Below, piece by piece: positions 53,936 to 64,000 of a DNA stretch of 64,000 nucleotides. The notes below the pieces were generated by a model. It saw only the letters and a program-made list of their open reading frames with translations. It was not told where the DNA came from and ran no database searches. Position 1 is the stretch's first letter; each line of letters begins with the position of its first letter. A program made the translations under genes and the position numbers. Source of the stretch: Bacteroidales bacterium (GTDB lineage: Bacteria > Bacteroidota > Bacteroidia > Bacteroidales > UBA932); the NCBI GenBank assembly GCA_017962025.1, contig JAGCWD010000083.1:5725-69724 (forward strand), in the 5' to 3' direction.

Positions 53936-54708
53936 TAAAGGCCTTGTTTTTTGACATTGACGGCACCCTGGTGGGGTTTGATACCCACCGGATGTCCGAA
54001 AGGTTGAAAGATTGTCTTGAAGAGCTTCGCGCAAAAGGCGTGAAGCTCTTTATTTCAAGCGGCCGCCATACTTTGGTGATGAACAATCTTGAAGATTTCC
54101 CCTTTGACGGATACATCGCCATGAACGGGGCGCTAAATATACTTGGAGGAGAAGTGATTGACCATCATCCTCTTCCCAGAGACCTGGCGGCAAGTATCGC
54201 CAGGACAGCCCGGGAACTGAATATCCCATGCTGGTCTTTTGCAGACAATATCTGCGGGATCAATTTCGAGAACAAGCAAACCCGTGAAGTTTCCAGGCAG
54301 TTGAATTTCTATCCTGAGAACTATATCGACCTGGAAGAAGTGGCTTCCGGACACAGTGTCTATCAGTACACCATCTACCTGGACAAGGAGCAGGAGGAAA
54401 GGATCCTGCATCCTCTTCTTCATGGGGTTGACTATCCCAGGTGGCATCCTTATTTCACGGACATTGTCTGTAAGGGATTGTCCAAGTCAAAAGGTGCGTC
54501 ATTGATTCTTGAACGCCTGGGAATCTCTCCGGAGGAGTGCATGGCCTTCGGGGATGGAGGGAATGACATCCCCCTGATCAAGTTTGCCGGAATCGGGATC
54601 GCGATGGGCAATGCTCCGGAAGATGTCAAAATGGCGGCTGACTATGTGACTGACCCTGTCGGGGAAGATGGAGTGGTCACTGCGCTCCACCATTTTGGTG
54701 TAATTTAA
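53932..54708 (+). CDS. Cof-type HAD-IIB hydrolase
   Basis: DIDGTL, SSGR, MNG, FGDGGND, AMGNA. Confidence 0.92.
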   Translation: MIKALFFDIDGTLVGFDTHRMSERLKDCLEELRAKGVKLFISSGRHTLVMNNLEDFPFDGYIAMNGALNILGGEVIDHHPLPRDLAASIARTARELNIPCWSFADNICGINFENKQTREVSRQLNFYPENYIDLEEVASGHSVYQYTIYLDKEQEERILHPLLHGVDYPRWHPYFTDIVCKGLSKSKGASLILERLGISPEECMAFGDGGNDIPLIKFAGIGIAMGNAPEDVKMAADYVTDPVGEDGVVTALHHFGVI

Positions 54709-54769
54709 CAGGCTTTTCAGTCTCTTTTTGCTATACATCGTTTTATGCCTTTAATAGCAGGGTATCAGG

Positions 54770-54785
54770 CACTACATTTGTAGTG
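54770..54785 (+). promoter_or_regulatory. Palindrome overlapping the -7 box of the efflux operon (candidate operator)
   Basis: CACTACA-TT-TGTAGTG contains TACATTTG. Confidence 0.5.
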
Positions 54786-54810
54786 TTTTTATGATTTTTA
54801 TTGCATTGAA

Positions 54811-56343
54811 ATGACTAGGACAACTGAAAGACTGATATTCATCACGGTTCTCTCCGCCCTCTCTTTCCCTTCTTTCGGACAATACATGACCGATACCGTA
54901 CAGCCGTCTTCCACTACTGACACGTCAACCGTAGTTATTACCCTTGACGATGCCCTGAAGATCGCGTTGAGCGAAAATGTGGCAGTAAAGGTGGCTGACA
55001 AGGAGATTGAGAGGAGCGAGTATGCCAAGAAAGGGACATATTCATCCCTTTTCCCCCAGATAAGCGGTTCTGGATCTTATCAGAGGACAATAAAGAAACA
55101 GATAATGTACATGGATTCCGACAGCGGAGACGATGAAGATGGAGGTGGTTTCGGAATGCTCAGTTCCCTTGCTCCTTATTTCATCAGGATCAATGAGTTG
55201 TCGGCCATTCAGGGTTTGCCGCTGATTGTTCCCGGAGAGAGTGAAAACACCAGTTCCAACAGTGGTTTTGCAGTGGGACGGTGGAACACTTACAACTACG
55301 GAGTGTCCGCCCAGATGCCTCTTGTCAACGCTCAGCTTTGGGAAAGCCTTAAGATTTCCGGCCAGGCTGTCGATCTTGCAGTCGAGAAGGCTAGGTCTTC
55401 AAGACTTGACATGGTTACCCAGGTCAAGCAGGCTTACTACGCGGTACTGCTTGCCAAGGAGGCTTTCAATGTGTATAAGGATGTCTATGAGAATGCCGTC
55501 GAGAACTTCGTCCAGACAGAGAAGAGGTTCAATGCTGAAAAGGCATCGGAACTGGAGTACACTAGAGCAAAGTCCGTGGTGGCGAACGCCATTCCGAATG
55601 TCTATAACGCTGAGAGTTCGATAATCCTCGCTCTCTGGCAGCTCAAGGCGGTAATGGGTGTCGACCTTGAAAGGAACATCGATGTGGCGGGATCTCTCGG
55701 AGACTATTCCACTCAGATGTTCAAGGACATTCATGATAACGATGACCCTTCTCTGAAGTACAATACCAATCTCCGTCAGCTCGAGATCCAGGCTGATCAA
55801 CTGGCCTCATCAGTACGCATGTACAAGGCTTCATACCTTCCGACTCTTTCTGCAGCCTTTGCCTACAACATGATCGCAATGACCAATGACTTCAAGTTCA
55901 GCGAGTACAAATGGTCTCCTTATTCCTATGTCGGACTCAGCTTGAACATTCCGATCTTTACAGGTGGAAAACGCCATTTCGATGTTCAGCAGGCAAAGAT
56001 CCAGGCTACCGAACTGGACCTCCAGAGGATCGACGCTGAGAGGCAGCTGCGGATCGCCATCCGCCAGTTGCTGAACACCATGGAAACCAGTATGAACAGC
56101 TATAATTCGGCAACTGAGGCAGTTGGACTTGCCCAGAAAGCATATGACATAGCGGCGAAATCCTACAAGGTCGGTAAGAGTACGATAACCGACATGAACG
56201 ATGCCCAGCTGACTCTAACCCAGGCCAGCCTTCAGCAGAGCCAGGCTATCTATAATTTCATCGTTGCCAAATCCAATCTTGAGAAGACCCTTGGTTACGA
56301 TTTCATAGATGACAAAGGAGAAGTTGACCTGGAAAACATGTAA
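54811..56343 (+). CDS. TolC-family outer membrane efflux protein
   Basis: Signal peptide; two OEP repeats (FPQIS, YLPTLS, LNIPIFTG). Confidence 0.92.
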   Translation: MTRTTERLIFITVLSALSFPSFGQYMTDTVQPSSTTDTSTVVITLDDALKIALSENVAVKVADKEIERSEYAKKGTYSSLFPQISGSGSYQRTIKKQIMYMDSDSGDDEDGGGFGMLSSLAPYFIRINELSAIQGLPLIVPGESENTSSNSGFAVGRWNTYNYGVSAQMPLVNAQLWESLKISGQAVDLAVEKARSSRLDMVTQVKQAYYAVLLAKEAFNVYKDVYENAVENFVQTEKRFNAEKASELEYTRAKSVVANAIPNVYNAESSIILALWQLKAVMGVDLERNIDVAGSLGDYSTQMFKDIHDNDDPSLKYNTNLRQLEIQADQLASSVRMYKASYLPTLSAAFAYNMIAMTNDFKFSEYKWSPYSYVGLSLNIPIFTGGKRHFDVQQAKIQATELDLQRIDAERQLRIAIRQLLNTMETSMNSYNSATEAVGLAQKAYDIAAKSYKVGKSTITDMNDAQLTLTQASLQQSQAIYNFIVAKSNLEKTLGYDFIDDKGEVDLENM

Positions 56344-56373
56344 TTATCTCGATAATAATAGAAACAGATAGAA

Positions 56374-57402
56374 ATGAACAAGATTTTCAAGACATTGACT
56401 TTCGTAGGGCTTACCATCGTGATGGTTTCCTGTGGACTTGGGAAGAAGGATGACAGTGCAGCAATGTCAGAGGAAGAAAAGGCCACTCTGGTGTCCACTG
56501 CGACAGCTGTGGTGATGGAAGTCCCCCAAACGGAGATTTATTCCTCTACTGTCGAGGCTTATGCGATTAACAACATCGCGCCGCAGGCCGGGGGAAGGAT
56601 CCAGAGTATCAGGGCTGATGTCGGTTCCTTCGTAGGAAGGGGGCAGGTCCTTGCGACAATGGATGCCGCCCAACTTGACCAGACCAGGCTGAAGCTGGTT
56701 AATGATTCCACCGAGCTGAGCCGTCTGAGGAGCCTCTATGAGGCAGGGGGAGTATCAAAGTCGGATTTCGATGCTGTTGAGATGGCTTACAATGTGAGCC
56801 GCCGTTCCTACAACAACCTTGCAGAGAACACATATCTTCGCTCTCCGATCAGTGGAGTGGTGACAGCCAGGAACTACGACCGTGGTGACCTCTACAACGG
56901 ACAGCCTATTTTCGTAGTCCAGCAGATCACACCTGTAAAGCTTCATGTAGGAGTCTCTGAGAGCGACTACACCAAGGTCAAGCTTGGAAACCAGGTAGAA
57001 ATCACTGTTGACGCCCTTCCCGGTAGGACTTTCACCGGAAAGATCAACAAGATCTATCCTACTATGGATGCTTTGTCCCACACCTTCATTACTGAAATCC
57101 TCGTTCAGAACTCTGACCGCGTCCTTCGTCCCGGAATGTTTGCCAGGGTAAAGGTCGAATTCGGAATAAACAACAGTGTCGTCGTCCCTGAAGAGGCCGT
57201 CGTAAAGATGCAAGGTTCGGGTCAGAGGTGCGTCTATATTCTCCAGCCTGACAACACGGTAGAAAGCTCTCTCGTGAAGCTCGGCCGGCACATAGAAGGA
57301 ATGTACGAGATTCTCGAAGGTGTCTCCGAAGGCGATGTCGTTGCTGCCAAGGGCAGCTCCAGCCTCAGGGATGGCAGCAAGGTCGAGGTATCCAACAAAT
57401 AA
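56374..57402 (+). CDS. RND periplasmic adaptor (MFP) lipoprotein
   Basis: Lipobox MVSC, LRSPISGVV, LRPGMFA. Confidence 0.93.
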   Translation: MNKIFKTLTFVGLTIVMVSCGLGKKDDSAAMSEEEKATLVSTATAVVMEVPQTEIYSSTVEAYAINNIAPQAGGRIQSIRADVGSFVGRGQVLATMDAAQLDQTRLKLVNDSTELSRLRSLYEAGGVSKSDFDAVEMAYNVSRRSYNNLAENTYLRSPISGVVTARNYDRGDLYNGQPIFVVQQITPVKLHVGVSESDYTKVKLGNQVEITVDALPGRTFTGKINKIYPTMDALSHTFITEILVQNSDRVLRPGMFARVKVEFGINNSVVVPEEAVVKMQGSGQRCVYILQPDNTVESSLVKLGRHIEGMYEILEGVSEGDVVAAKGSSSLRDGSKVEVSNK

Positions 57403-57414
57403 TACCGGGAAACT

Positions 57415-60400
57415 ATGAGTGTAATCAGATCCGCGGTAAACAAACCGGTCACGACTGCCCTGGTCTTCCTGGCTTTCGCGATCTTCGGTATCTATTCCCT
57501 GACAAGTACCTCTGTCGCATTGTTCCCCGATTTCGATGCAAATGTGGTGCTGGTCATGTCCTCCTATCCGGGGGCAAGTGCTTCCGATGTGGAGAACAAC
57601 CTGACAAAACTCCTTGAGAATACCCTGAACAGTGTTGCCAACCTGAAAAACCTGACTTCCAGGTCCAGGGAGAATGTCTCGATCGTAATGCTTGAGTTCA
57701 AATACGGTACTGACATAGACGAGGCAAGTAATGACATAAGGGACAAGTTGGACCTTGTGAATTCGGCGCTCCCTGACGGAGCGTCGGTACCCGTGCTGTT
57801 CAAGTTCGGCATGGATGATATGCCCGTCCTGATCCTTTCCGCCACGGCGGACAAGAGCATGGCCGGCCTGGACAGGATTCTGGATGATAGGGTGGTAACT
57901 CCATTGGGACGAGTTACAGGAGTAGGAACTGTCTCCGTAGCAGGAGCTCCCGCTAGGGAGATCCATGTTTATTGCGACCCTAACAAACTTGCTGCGTACG
58001 GTCTCAGCGTTGCCGGAATATCCCAGATAATCGCGTCTGAGAACCGCAATGTCCCCTCAGGCTCGATCGACATTGGTTCGGAGTCATTTTCCCTCAGGGT
58101 CGAGAAGGAATTTAAAGATCCTTCGGAACTTCTCAATGTGGTCGTCAGCTATCGCAATGGACAAGTGGTTTATCTCAAGGATGTAGCCCGTGTAGAGGAT
58201 GGCCTGGAGGAAAAATCACAGGAGTCATACACCAATGGCAACCAGTCTGCCATGATTGCTATCCAGAAGCAGTCAGGGGCAAATACCGTCAATGTTGTAA
58301 AAGCCGCTAAGCAGAAGATCCAGGAGATAGCCCCGACCCTTCCCTCAGACATCCAGATTACCGAGGTTGTTGACAACTCTTCCGAGATCCTGAATACGAT
58401 CGATTCTTTGAAAGAGACCATAATCATCACCCTGCTCGTGGTCATGCTGGTGGTCTTTGTCTTCCTCGGAAGATGGAGGGCTACTTTCATCATCGTCCTC
58501 TCGATACCTATCGCCCTGCTGGGCTCTCTGGTCTATCTCTTCGCCACTGGGAACACATTGAATATCATCTCTATGTCGGCCCTCTCCATAGCGATTGGAA
58601 TGGTCGTTGATGATGCAATCGTGGTCCTTGAAAACATCTCCACCCATCTTGAAAGGGGAGAAAAACCCAAAGAGGCCGCAGTCCATGCCACGTCCGAGGT
58701 AGGTATCTCCGTTATTGCTTCCACCCTCACGATGCTCTGCGTCTTCCTGCCCTTGACAATGGTCTCCGGAATGGCCGGAATCATGTTCAAGCAGCTGGGA
58801 TTCATAGTTAGCATCATCATGATCATCTCAACCACGGCCGCCTTGACCCTTGTCCCGATGCTTTGCTCAAGGATGTTGAAGGCAGGTCCGAAGACAGGAA
58901 AACTACACAGGGCTATCTTCGATCCCATCGAGACAGGCCTTGACAAGCTGTCAGTGTGGTATTCAAAGATCATAGCTTGGGCTGTAACCCACAGGAAGAC
59001 TGTCATTTTCGGTGCTCTGGCCATCTTCGTTGCAGTACTCGCCCTGTTGGCCCCGGGCCTCAAGACTGAATTCTTCCCTACGATGGATGGAGGGCGTCTG
59101 TCAGTCTCAATTGAATTGCCGGTAGGTACTGAACAGAGCGTCGCAGGCGCTTTCGCCAAAGAGATTTCCGATCGTCTGGAGGAGGAAATTCCTGAGATAA
59201 AAGTCCTGCAATACCGTTTTGGCCAGGCCAGTTCGGAAAATGTGATTGGAAGCATGCAGAACAACGGCTCCCATGTCATCTCGATGAACGTGAACATAGG
59301 ATCGATGGAGAACCGTAAGCGTTCCTCTTCAGAGATTGCCGACATCATCCGCAATGACCTACGAGAGTATCCCGAGGTGAAGAAAGCCACGGTTACGGAG
59401 GGTATGGGAGGAGTCGGAGGTGCAGCCTCCCTGCGTCTTGAGATCTATGGCTACGATTTTGATGAGACCGATAGGATTGCCAAGGAAGCCCAGGCGAAGA
59501 TGCTAGCAGACCCTTCGTTCACACAGGTAATCCTGAGCCGCGATGACTACACACCTGAATACCAGGTAGATTTCGACCGTGAAAAGCTGGCCTTGAACGG
59601 ACTAAACTCCACAACTGCCGCTGCGGCTTTTAGTGCTGCCATGAGTGGCTCGGTGAATTCCTTCTACCGTGAGGATGGCGACGAGTATAACATCAGGGTA
59701 ATCTACGACAAACGCTTCCGTACAAGTGTTGAAGACATTGAGAACATATTGATTTACACTCCTTTAGGTGGTACTGTCAGGATAAAGGACCTTGGAACGG
59801 TCGTGGAGTCGAAAGTTCCTCCTACGATTGAGAGGAAGAATCGGGAGAGGTACATTTCTGTGACTGGTATTGTCACTAGGGGATATGCCTTGAGCGATGG
59901 AGTCGCCACTACAAACAGGATTCTCTCCGAGATCGATATACCGAACAATATCTCCACAGAAATAACGGGAGACTTCGAAGACCAGCAGAGCATGTTCAAG
60001 GATCTCATTATCCTCATGATATTGATTATTATCCTTGTCTATATGGTCATGGCCTCCCAGTTCGAGTCTTTCATGAGCCCACTCGTCATCATGTTCTCCG
60101 TCCCGTTCGCATTCATAGGAGTAATCCTTGGACTAAGGCTCACGGGCACTGCGCTCGGAGTCATGGCGATGATCGGTATCATCATCCTGTTGGGAATAGT
60201 TGTTAAGAACGGTATTGTGTTGATAGACTACACCATACTCATGAGGGAAAGAGGGATGAATGTCATCGATGCCTCGGTGACAGCAGCCAGAAGCCGATTG
60301 AGACCCATCCTTATGACCACTCTCACCACCGTCCTCGGTATGCTCCCGATGGCTTTGGGCAGGGGCGAAGGCTCAGAGATGTGGCGCTCCCTTGGAATGA

Positions 60401-60507
60401 CGGTGTGTTGGGGTCTTTCTTTCTCAACCCTGATTACACTAGTCCTGATTCCGGCTGTTTACTGCGTGTTCGCCTCCCGTCAGGAGAAGCGCCACGCAAA
60501 AATATAA
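57415..60507 (+). CDS. RND efflux transporter (AcrB/AcrD/AcrF family)
   Basis: 1030 aa; GMVVDDAIVVLENI, KNGIVLID, RLRPILMTT. Confidence 0.96.
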   Translation: MSVIRSAVNKPVTTALVFLAFAIFGIYSLTSTSVALFPDFDANVVLVMSSYPGASASDVENNLTKLLENTLNSVANLKNLTSRSRENVSIVMLEFKYGTDIDEASNDIRDKLDLVNSALPDGASVPVLFKFGMDDMPVLILSATADKSMAGLDRILDDRVVTPLGRVTGVGTVSVAGAPAREIHVYCDPNKLAAYGLSVAGISQIIASENRNVPSGSIDIGSESFSLRVEKEFKDPSELLNVVVSYRNGQVVYLKDVARVEDGLEEKSQESYTNGNQSAMIAIQKQSGANTVNVVKAAKQKIQEIAPTLPSDIQITEVVDNSSEILNTIDSLKETIIITLLVVMLVVFVFLGRWRATFIIVLSIPIALLGSLVYLFATGNTLNIISMSALSIAIGMVVDDAIVVLENISTHLERGEKPKEAAVHATSEVGISVIASTLTMLCVFLPLTMVSGMAGIMFKQLGFIVSIIMIISTTAALTLVPMLCSRMLKAGPKTGKLHRAIFDPIETGLDKLSVWYSKIIAWAVTHRKTVIFGALAIFVAVLALLAPGLKTEFFPTMDGGRLSVSIELPVGTEQSVAGAFAKEISDRLEEEIPEIKVLQYRFGQASSENVIGSMQNNGSHVISMNVNIGSMENRKRSSSEIADIIRNDLREYPEVKKATVTEGMGGVGGAASLRLEIYGYDFDETDRIAKEAQAKMLADPSFTQVILSRDDYTPEYQVDFDREKLALNGLNSTTAAAAFSAAMSGSVNSFYREDGDEYNIRVIYDKRFRTSVEDIENILIYTPLGGTVRIKDLGTVVESKVPPTIERKNRERYISVTGIVTRGYALSDGVATTNRILSEIDIPNNISTEITGDFEDQQSMFKDLIILMILIIILVYMVMASQFESFMSPLVIMFSVPFAFIGVILGLRLTGTALGVMAMIGIIILLGIVVKNGIVLIDYTILMRERGMNVIDASVTAARSRLRPILMTTLTTVLGMLPMALGRGEGSEMWRSLGMTVCWGLSFSTLITLVLIPAVYCVFASRQEKRHAKI

Positions 60508-60519
60508 ATCCATGACGAT

Positions 60520-60813
60520 ATGAAAGCGATATTCATAGCATACAACCAGGCCTATGGCAATGAAATTGTCGATCTTCTCAGTGAATATGGCCAGAGAGGT
60601 TTCACCCAATGGACTGACATCCAGGGAAGGGGAGGCGAAACTGGTGAGCCTCATTACGGCAACCATGCCTGGCCTACCCAGAATTACGCAATCCTGACTA
60701 TGGTCCCAGACGAAAAGGCTCCAGAACTTATGGATGCCTTACAGGATACTGACAAAAAGTACCCAGACCTGGGTCTCAGGGCTTTCCAATGGACATTGGA
60801 AAAGATGATTTAG
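60520..60813 (+). CDS. PG0541-family PII-like transporter-associated protein
   Basis: MKAIFIAYNQ, RGFT.W....GRG...GEPH.G.HAWP. Confidence 0.85.
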   Translation: MKAIFIAYNQAYGNEIVDLLSEYGQRGFTQWTDIQGRGGETGEPHYGNHAWPTQNYAILTMVPDEKAPELMDALQDTDKKYPDLGLRAFQWTLEKMI

Positions 60814-60818
60814 CCTTT

Positions 60819-60850
60819 TTTGCAAGACAGATTGGAATTTGTTACTTTTG
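60819..60850 (+). promoter_or_regulatory. trxA promoter TTTG-N20-TACTTTTG
   Basis: Canonical Bacteroidetes -33/-7 spacing. Confidence 0.7.
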
Positions 60851-60876
60851 TGACATAGAATAAACACTATTTAAAT

Positions 60877-61191
60877 ATGGAAATTACAGCAACCAACGGA
60901 AATTTCGCGGAGATCCTTTCCGCCAATAATGTCGTGCTGGTCGATTTCTGGGCGACCTGGTGCGGTCCATGCCGCATGCTGGGTCCTACAGTCGAGACTG
61001 TTGCGAATGAATATGACGGCAAGGTGGCCGTGGTAAAGTGCAATGTGGACGAGTGCGAGGACATCGCAGTCCAGTATGGAATCAGGAATATTCCCACATT
61101 GATTTTCTTCAAGGGCGGCCAGGCTGTCGACAAGCTCGTAGGCAATGTCCCCAAGGCCGAGATTACGGCCAAGCTTGATGCCCTTCTTTAA
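60877..61191 (+). CDS. trxA: Thioredoxin
   Basis: DFWATWCGPC, IPTL. Confidence 0.97.
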   Translation: MEITATNGNFAEILSANNVVLVDFWATWCGPCRMLGPTVETVANEYDGKVAVVKCNVDECEDIAVQYGIRNIPTLIFFKGGQAVDKLVGNVPKAEITAKLDALL

Positions 61192-61222
61192 TTCAGATTA
61201 ATCAGAACCAGTTTTTAACAAA

Positions 61223-61846
61223 ATGAAAAGAATTCTTATTGCAGCATTTGCAGCTGCCCTTGCTTTCAGTGTAAACGTTCAGGCACAGCATTATAACAAT
61301 GCCAGGGTAGGTGTCATCGGCGGTGTGACCTCCACATCTACCACAATTAAGGAAGTTGACACCAAGTCAATCGCCCAGTACCATGCAGGTCTCGTAGCAG
61401 AGATTCCTCTTGGAGCAGGTTTCGCAGTCCAGCCCGGACTCCTTTATCAGGTAAAGGGAATGTCTCTGGACAAATGGGGAGACAACACCGGAAGCGATAT
61501 TTCCAAGTCTCTGGAAACCAAGTTGGGCTATGTGGAGATTCCTGTCCAGCTCCAGTGGGGCCCTGACCTAGTAGCTTTCAGGCCTTATGCTTTCGTAGAG
61601 CCATTCATCGGTTACCAGATCACTGAAAAGAATAAGGATGAGATAAAGAGCGTGGACACCGAGCTTGTGAAGGTTGAGTACGGAATGAGCCTGGGTGCCG
61701 GTATCGACATCTCCCATTTCCAGATTTCCGCCAAATATTTCTGGAACTTCGGTAATGTTTACAAAGGAAACATCAACAAGACCGGAACGGCAATCAAGGA
61801 TTTCAACTTCAACGGATTCGCCATCTCTGTCGCACTCTTCTTCTAA
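61223..61846 (+). CDS. Outer membrane beta-barrel (porin/PorT-like) protein
   Basis: Signal peptide, QPGLLY..KG, YVEIPV, C-terminal Phe. Confidence 0.8.
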   Translation: MKRILIAAFAAALAFSVNVQAQHYNNARVGVIGGVTSTSTTIKEVDTKSIAQYHAGLVAEIPLGAGFAVQPGLLYQVKGMSLDKWGDNTGSDISKSLETKLGYVEIPVQLQWGPDLVAFRPYAFVEPFIGYQITEKNKDEIKSVDTELVKVEYGMSLGAGIDISHFQISAKYFWNFGNVYKGNINKTGTAIKDFNFNGFAISVALFF

Positions 61847-62391
61847 TGGACGTCCATGCAGAAGGGGAGCGGAAGATCGTAATCTTCTGCTCTGCAAGCA
61901 ATGACATAGATCCGAATTTTAACCAAGCTGCGCGGAATCTTGTCCGCGCGGCTTGTTCGCTTGGTTACACCATAGTTTCCGGTGGTACTGTCAAGGGTAC
62001 CATGAAGGTTGTGGCTGATGAGGTCATTGCCTGTGGAGGTACCCATTTAGGGATACTTCCTCGATTCATGACCGAGTATCATTATCCTGCCCTGACCCGG
62101 ACAATTTGGACTGAGACCATGGCAGAACGGAAGGAGAAGATGCGCGAGGGAGCAGACGCCGCCATCGCATTGCCTGGTGGTATCGGTACCCTGGACGAGT
62201 TGATAGACACTCTGACCCTCGCCAAGCTTGGAATCTTCAAAGGCAGGGTAATAGCTCTCAACATTGACGGATTCTATGACCCTCTGGTCTCCCTTCTCGA
62301 CCATTATGTCTCGACGGGTATGCTGGATCCTGAATCCAGGTCGTTGATTGATTTCCCTTCGAGTGTCGAGGAGCTTGCTGAACTCTTGTAA
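61846..62391 (+). CDS. LOG family nucleotide monophosphate nucleosidase
   Basis: IFCSAS, MAERK, PGGIGTLDE. Confidence 0.9.
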   Translation: MDVHAEGERKIVIFCSASNDIDPNFNQAARNLVRAACSLGYTIVSGGTVKGTMKVVADEVIACGGTHLGILPRFMTEYHYPALTRTIWTETMAERKEKMREGADAAIALPGGIGTLDELIDTLTLAKLGIFKGRVIALNIDGFYDPLVSLLDHYVSTGMLDPESRSLIDFPSSVEELAELL

Positions 62392-62408
62392 TAGTGTAGT
62401 GTTCCCTG

Positions 62409-63392
62409 ATGAATCTTGACGAACTAAGGACCTTTCTCGGTGAGGACTGGATCAATACCTTGAAATTGATCCACAGTACACTCCAGAGCGATATCGATCT
62501 TCTGAACAAGACAAATTCCGCCATCCTTTCACATGGAGGAAAACAACTCCGTCCCCTCATGTCACTTCTTGTGGCAAGGGCCTGCTCGGGAGGTCTGACA
62601 ACCGCTGACAGCTTCCGTTTTGCTGCAGCTTCCGAACTCCTTCACAACGCCACCCTTCTCCACGATGATGTGGTTGACGGAAGTTCCGAAAGGCGTGGGG
62701 TCCCTACAGTGATGTCATTGCTCGGAGGACCTGCTTCTGTTCTGATCGGTGACTATTGGCTCGTCAAGGCTGTGGATAACATCCTCGCTTCTCCGGTCCA
62801 TAGCGAGGAGGCAATCCGGATTTTCGCAAAGACCTTAAGTGATCTTGCCAAGGGTGAGATACTCCAGCTGCAGAAGTCAACCTGCTGCGATACTGACGAA
62901 GAGGACTATCTCCGTATTATCTACAGTAAAACCGCCTCTCTGTTCGAAGCTACCGGTGTTTCGGCTGCCATATCCGTAGATGCTCCTGCTGAAATGGTCG
63001 AGGCTGTCAGGGAGTATTCCATCAGTCTTGGGATGGCTTTTCAGATAAAGGATGACATTCTCGACTACTGCGGCGAAACCATCTTGGGAAAGCCTGTCGG
63101 AGTGGATCTCGGGGAGCAGAAGATAACCCTTCCCTTGCTTGGTGCCCTGTCAAAGGTGGATGATGACATGGCTGCGATGATCAGGCGGAAAGTCCTTCAG
63201 ATCCAGGACCATCCCGAATTCAAGGAAGAAATCCGTGGATTCGTCTTCGACAATGGCGGCAATGAATATGCTGACTCCAGATTACAGGAATATGTCAAGA
63301 AGGCGATGGATTCTCTTGGGATGCTTCCTGATTCAAAAGAAAAAGATTATCTTGCAGCAATAGCCGAATTCACGGCCAAAAGGGACAGATGA
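62409..63392 (+). CDS. Polyprenyl diphosphate synthase (IspB-like)
   Basis: GGKQLRP, LLHDDVVD...RRG, FQIKDDILD. Confidence 0.93.
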   Translation: MNLDELRTFLGEDWINTLKLIHSTLQSDIDLLNKTNSAILSHGGKQLRPLMSLLVARACSGGLTTADSFRFAAASELLHNATLLHDDVVDGSSERRGVPTVMSLLGGPASVLIGDYWLVKAVDNILASPVHSEEAIRIFAKTLSDLAKGEILQLQKSTCCDTDEEDYLRIIYSKTASLFEATGVSAAISVDAPAEMVEAVREYSISLGMAFQIKDDILDYCGETILGKPVGVDLGEQKITLPLLGALSKVDDDMAAMIRRKVLQIQDHPEFKEEIRGFVFDNGGNEYADSRLQEYVKKAMDSLGMLPDSKEKDYLAAIAEFTAKRDR

Positions 63393-64000
63393 CCCTCGAC
63401 AGTATCATAGGTAACAAGGATGCCGTGACCGCTTTGACCGGCATGGTTCGCGACGGAAGGATTCCGCACGCGATGATGCTCTATGAGAATGATGGTTGCG
63501 GGGCAATGGCGATTATCCTCGCTTTCCTTAGCGAGGTCTTTCAGGATGAGCACAAGGTATCCGGCCTGATTCATCCGGATGTCCACTACATCTATCCGGT
63601 GGCAGCAGGAAGCAAGGTCACAGAAAAAGTGCAGAACCTCCGCGCTGAATTGTTCCTGAAGTATTGGCGCGATTTGATGAAGGCTAATCCTTATGCCCTG
63701 GAGTCGGAAGTGAACGAGGCCTTCGGGATCGAGGGGAAGCAGACTGTCATCAATAATGCAGAGGCGCGTGAGATCCTGGAGACAATCTACCTTACACCCG
63801 TTGAAGGAGGTTGGAAGGCTGTCGTTGTCTATCTGCCGGAGAAGATGAACGCCACTGCGGCCAACAGGCTTCTCAAGGCTGTGGAGGAACCTCCGGAGAA
63901 GACCATATTCCTTATGGTGACCCATGCTCCCGAGAAGGTGATGCAGACTATCTCATCCAGATGTCAGGCACTGCGGATCCTTCCTTATTCAAGGGAAGAT
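63389..64000 (+). CDS. holB: DNA polymerase III delta' subunit (partial, runs off the window)
   Basis: Not in the ORF track; ATG 63389 gives MTLDSIIGN...RIPHA...HPDVH...EKMNATAANRLLKAVEEPP...TISSRCQ. Confidence 0.9.
   Translation, partial: MTLDSIIGNKDAVTALTGMVRDGRIPHAMMLYENDGCGAMAIILAFLSEVFQDEHKVSGLIHPDVHYIYPVAAGSKVTEKVQNLRAELFLKYWRDLMKANPYALESEVNEAFGIEGKQTVINNAEAREILETIYLTPVEGGWKAVVVYLPEKMNATAANRLLKAVEEPPEKTIFLMVTHAPEKVMQTISSRCQALRILPYSRED

Noticed and set aside
63347-63925. 192-aa minus-strand ORF in the track
   Set aside because: It is the shadow of holB on the plus strand, which the track missed because it runs off the window

Overview
Gene-dense chromosomal segment of a Bacteroidales bacterium. 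The assignment rests on TAnnTTTG -7 promoter boxes, type III glutamine synthetase, the DUF4271-hemD-rnpA-yidD and DUF2723/DUF4293 blocks, and a PG0541-type RND operon; a gut or rumen lineage is inferred. About 60 CDS are present, mostly housekeeping: glnA(III), pyrG, purF, miaB, rpoN, upp, radC, split transketolase, leuS, fabZ/F/H, pgk, lgt, trxA, polyprenyl synthase and partial holB. I recognised no rRNA, tRNA, CRISPR array, integrase or transposase. Three things stand out. (1) A 120-140 bp structured repeat occurs twice in opposite orientation. Its core is conserved and carries GA-GC-GNA-GC-GA mini-hairpins, but each copy is closed by a different 25-30 bp stem. One copy lies in frame and forms most of the interdomain linker of a lipoyl acyltransferase (E2); the other is intergenic in the same operon. 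(2) An acetoin-dehydrogenase-like E2-E3-fused E1 complex is clustered with a SorE-like polyol-phosphate dehydrogenase, LplA, a HAD-IIA phosphatase and a GlpT/UhpT-type transporter, which suggests an uncharacterised lipoate-dependent sugar-phosphate cleavage pathway. (3) leuS has an in-frame TAG at codon 68. Also noted: a degenerate M28-TonB fusion, a carboxyltransferase whose biotin-carrier domain lacks the MKM lysine, and a candidate LytTR-regulated fab module. All calls come from motif reading by eye; no database searches were run.
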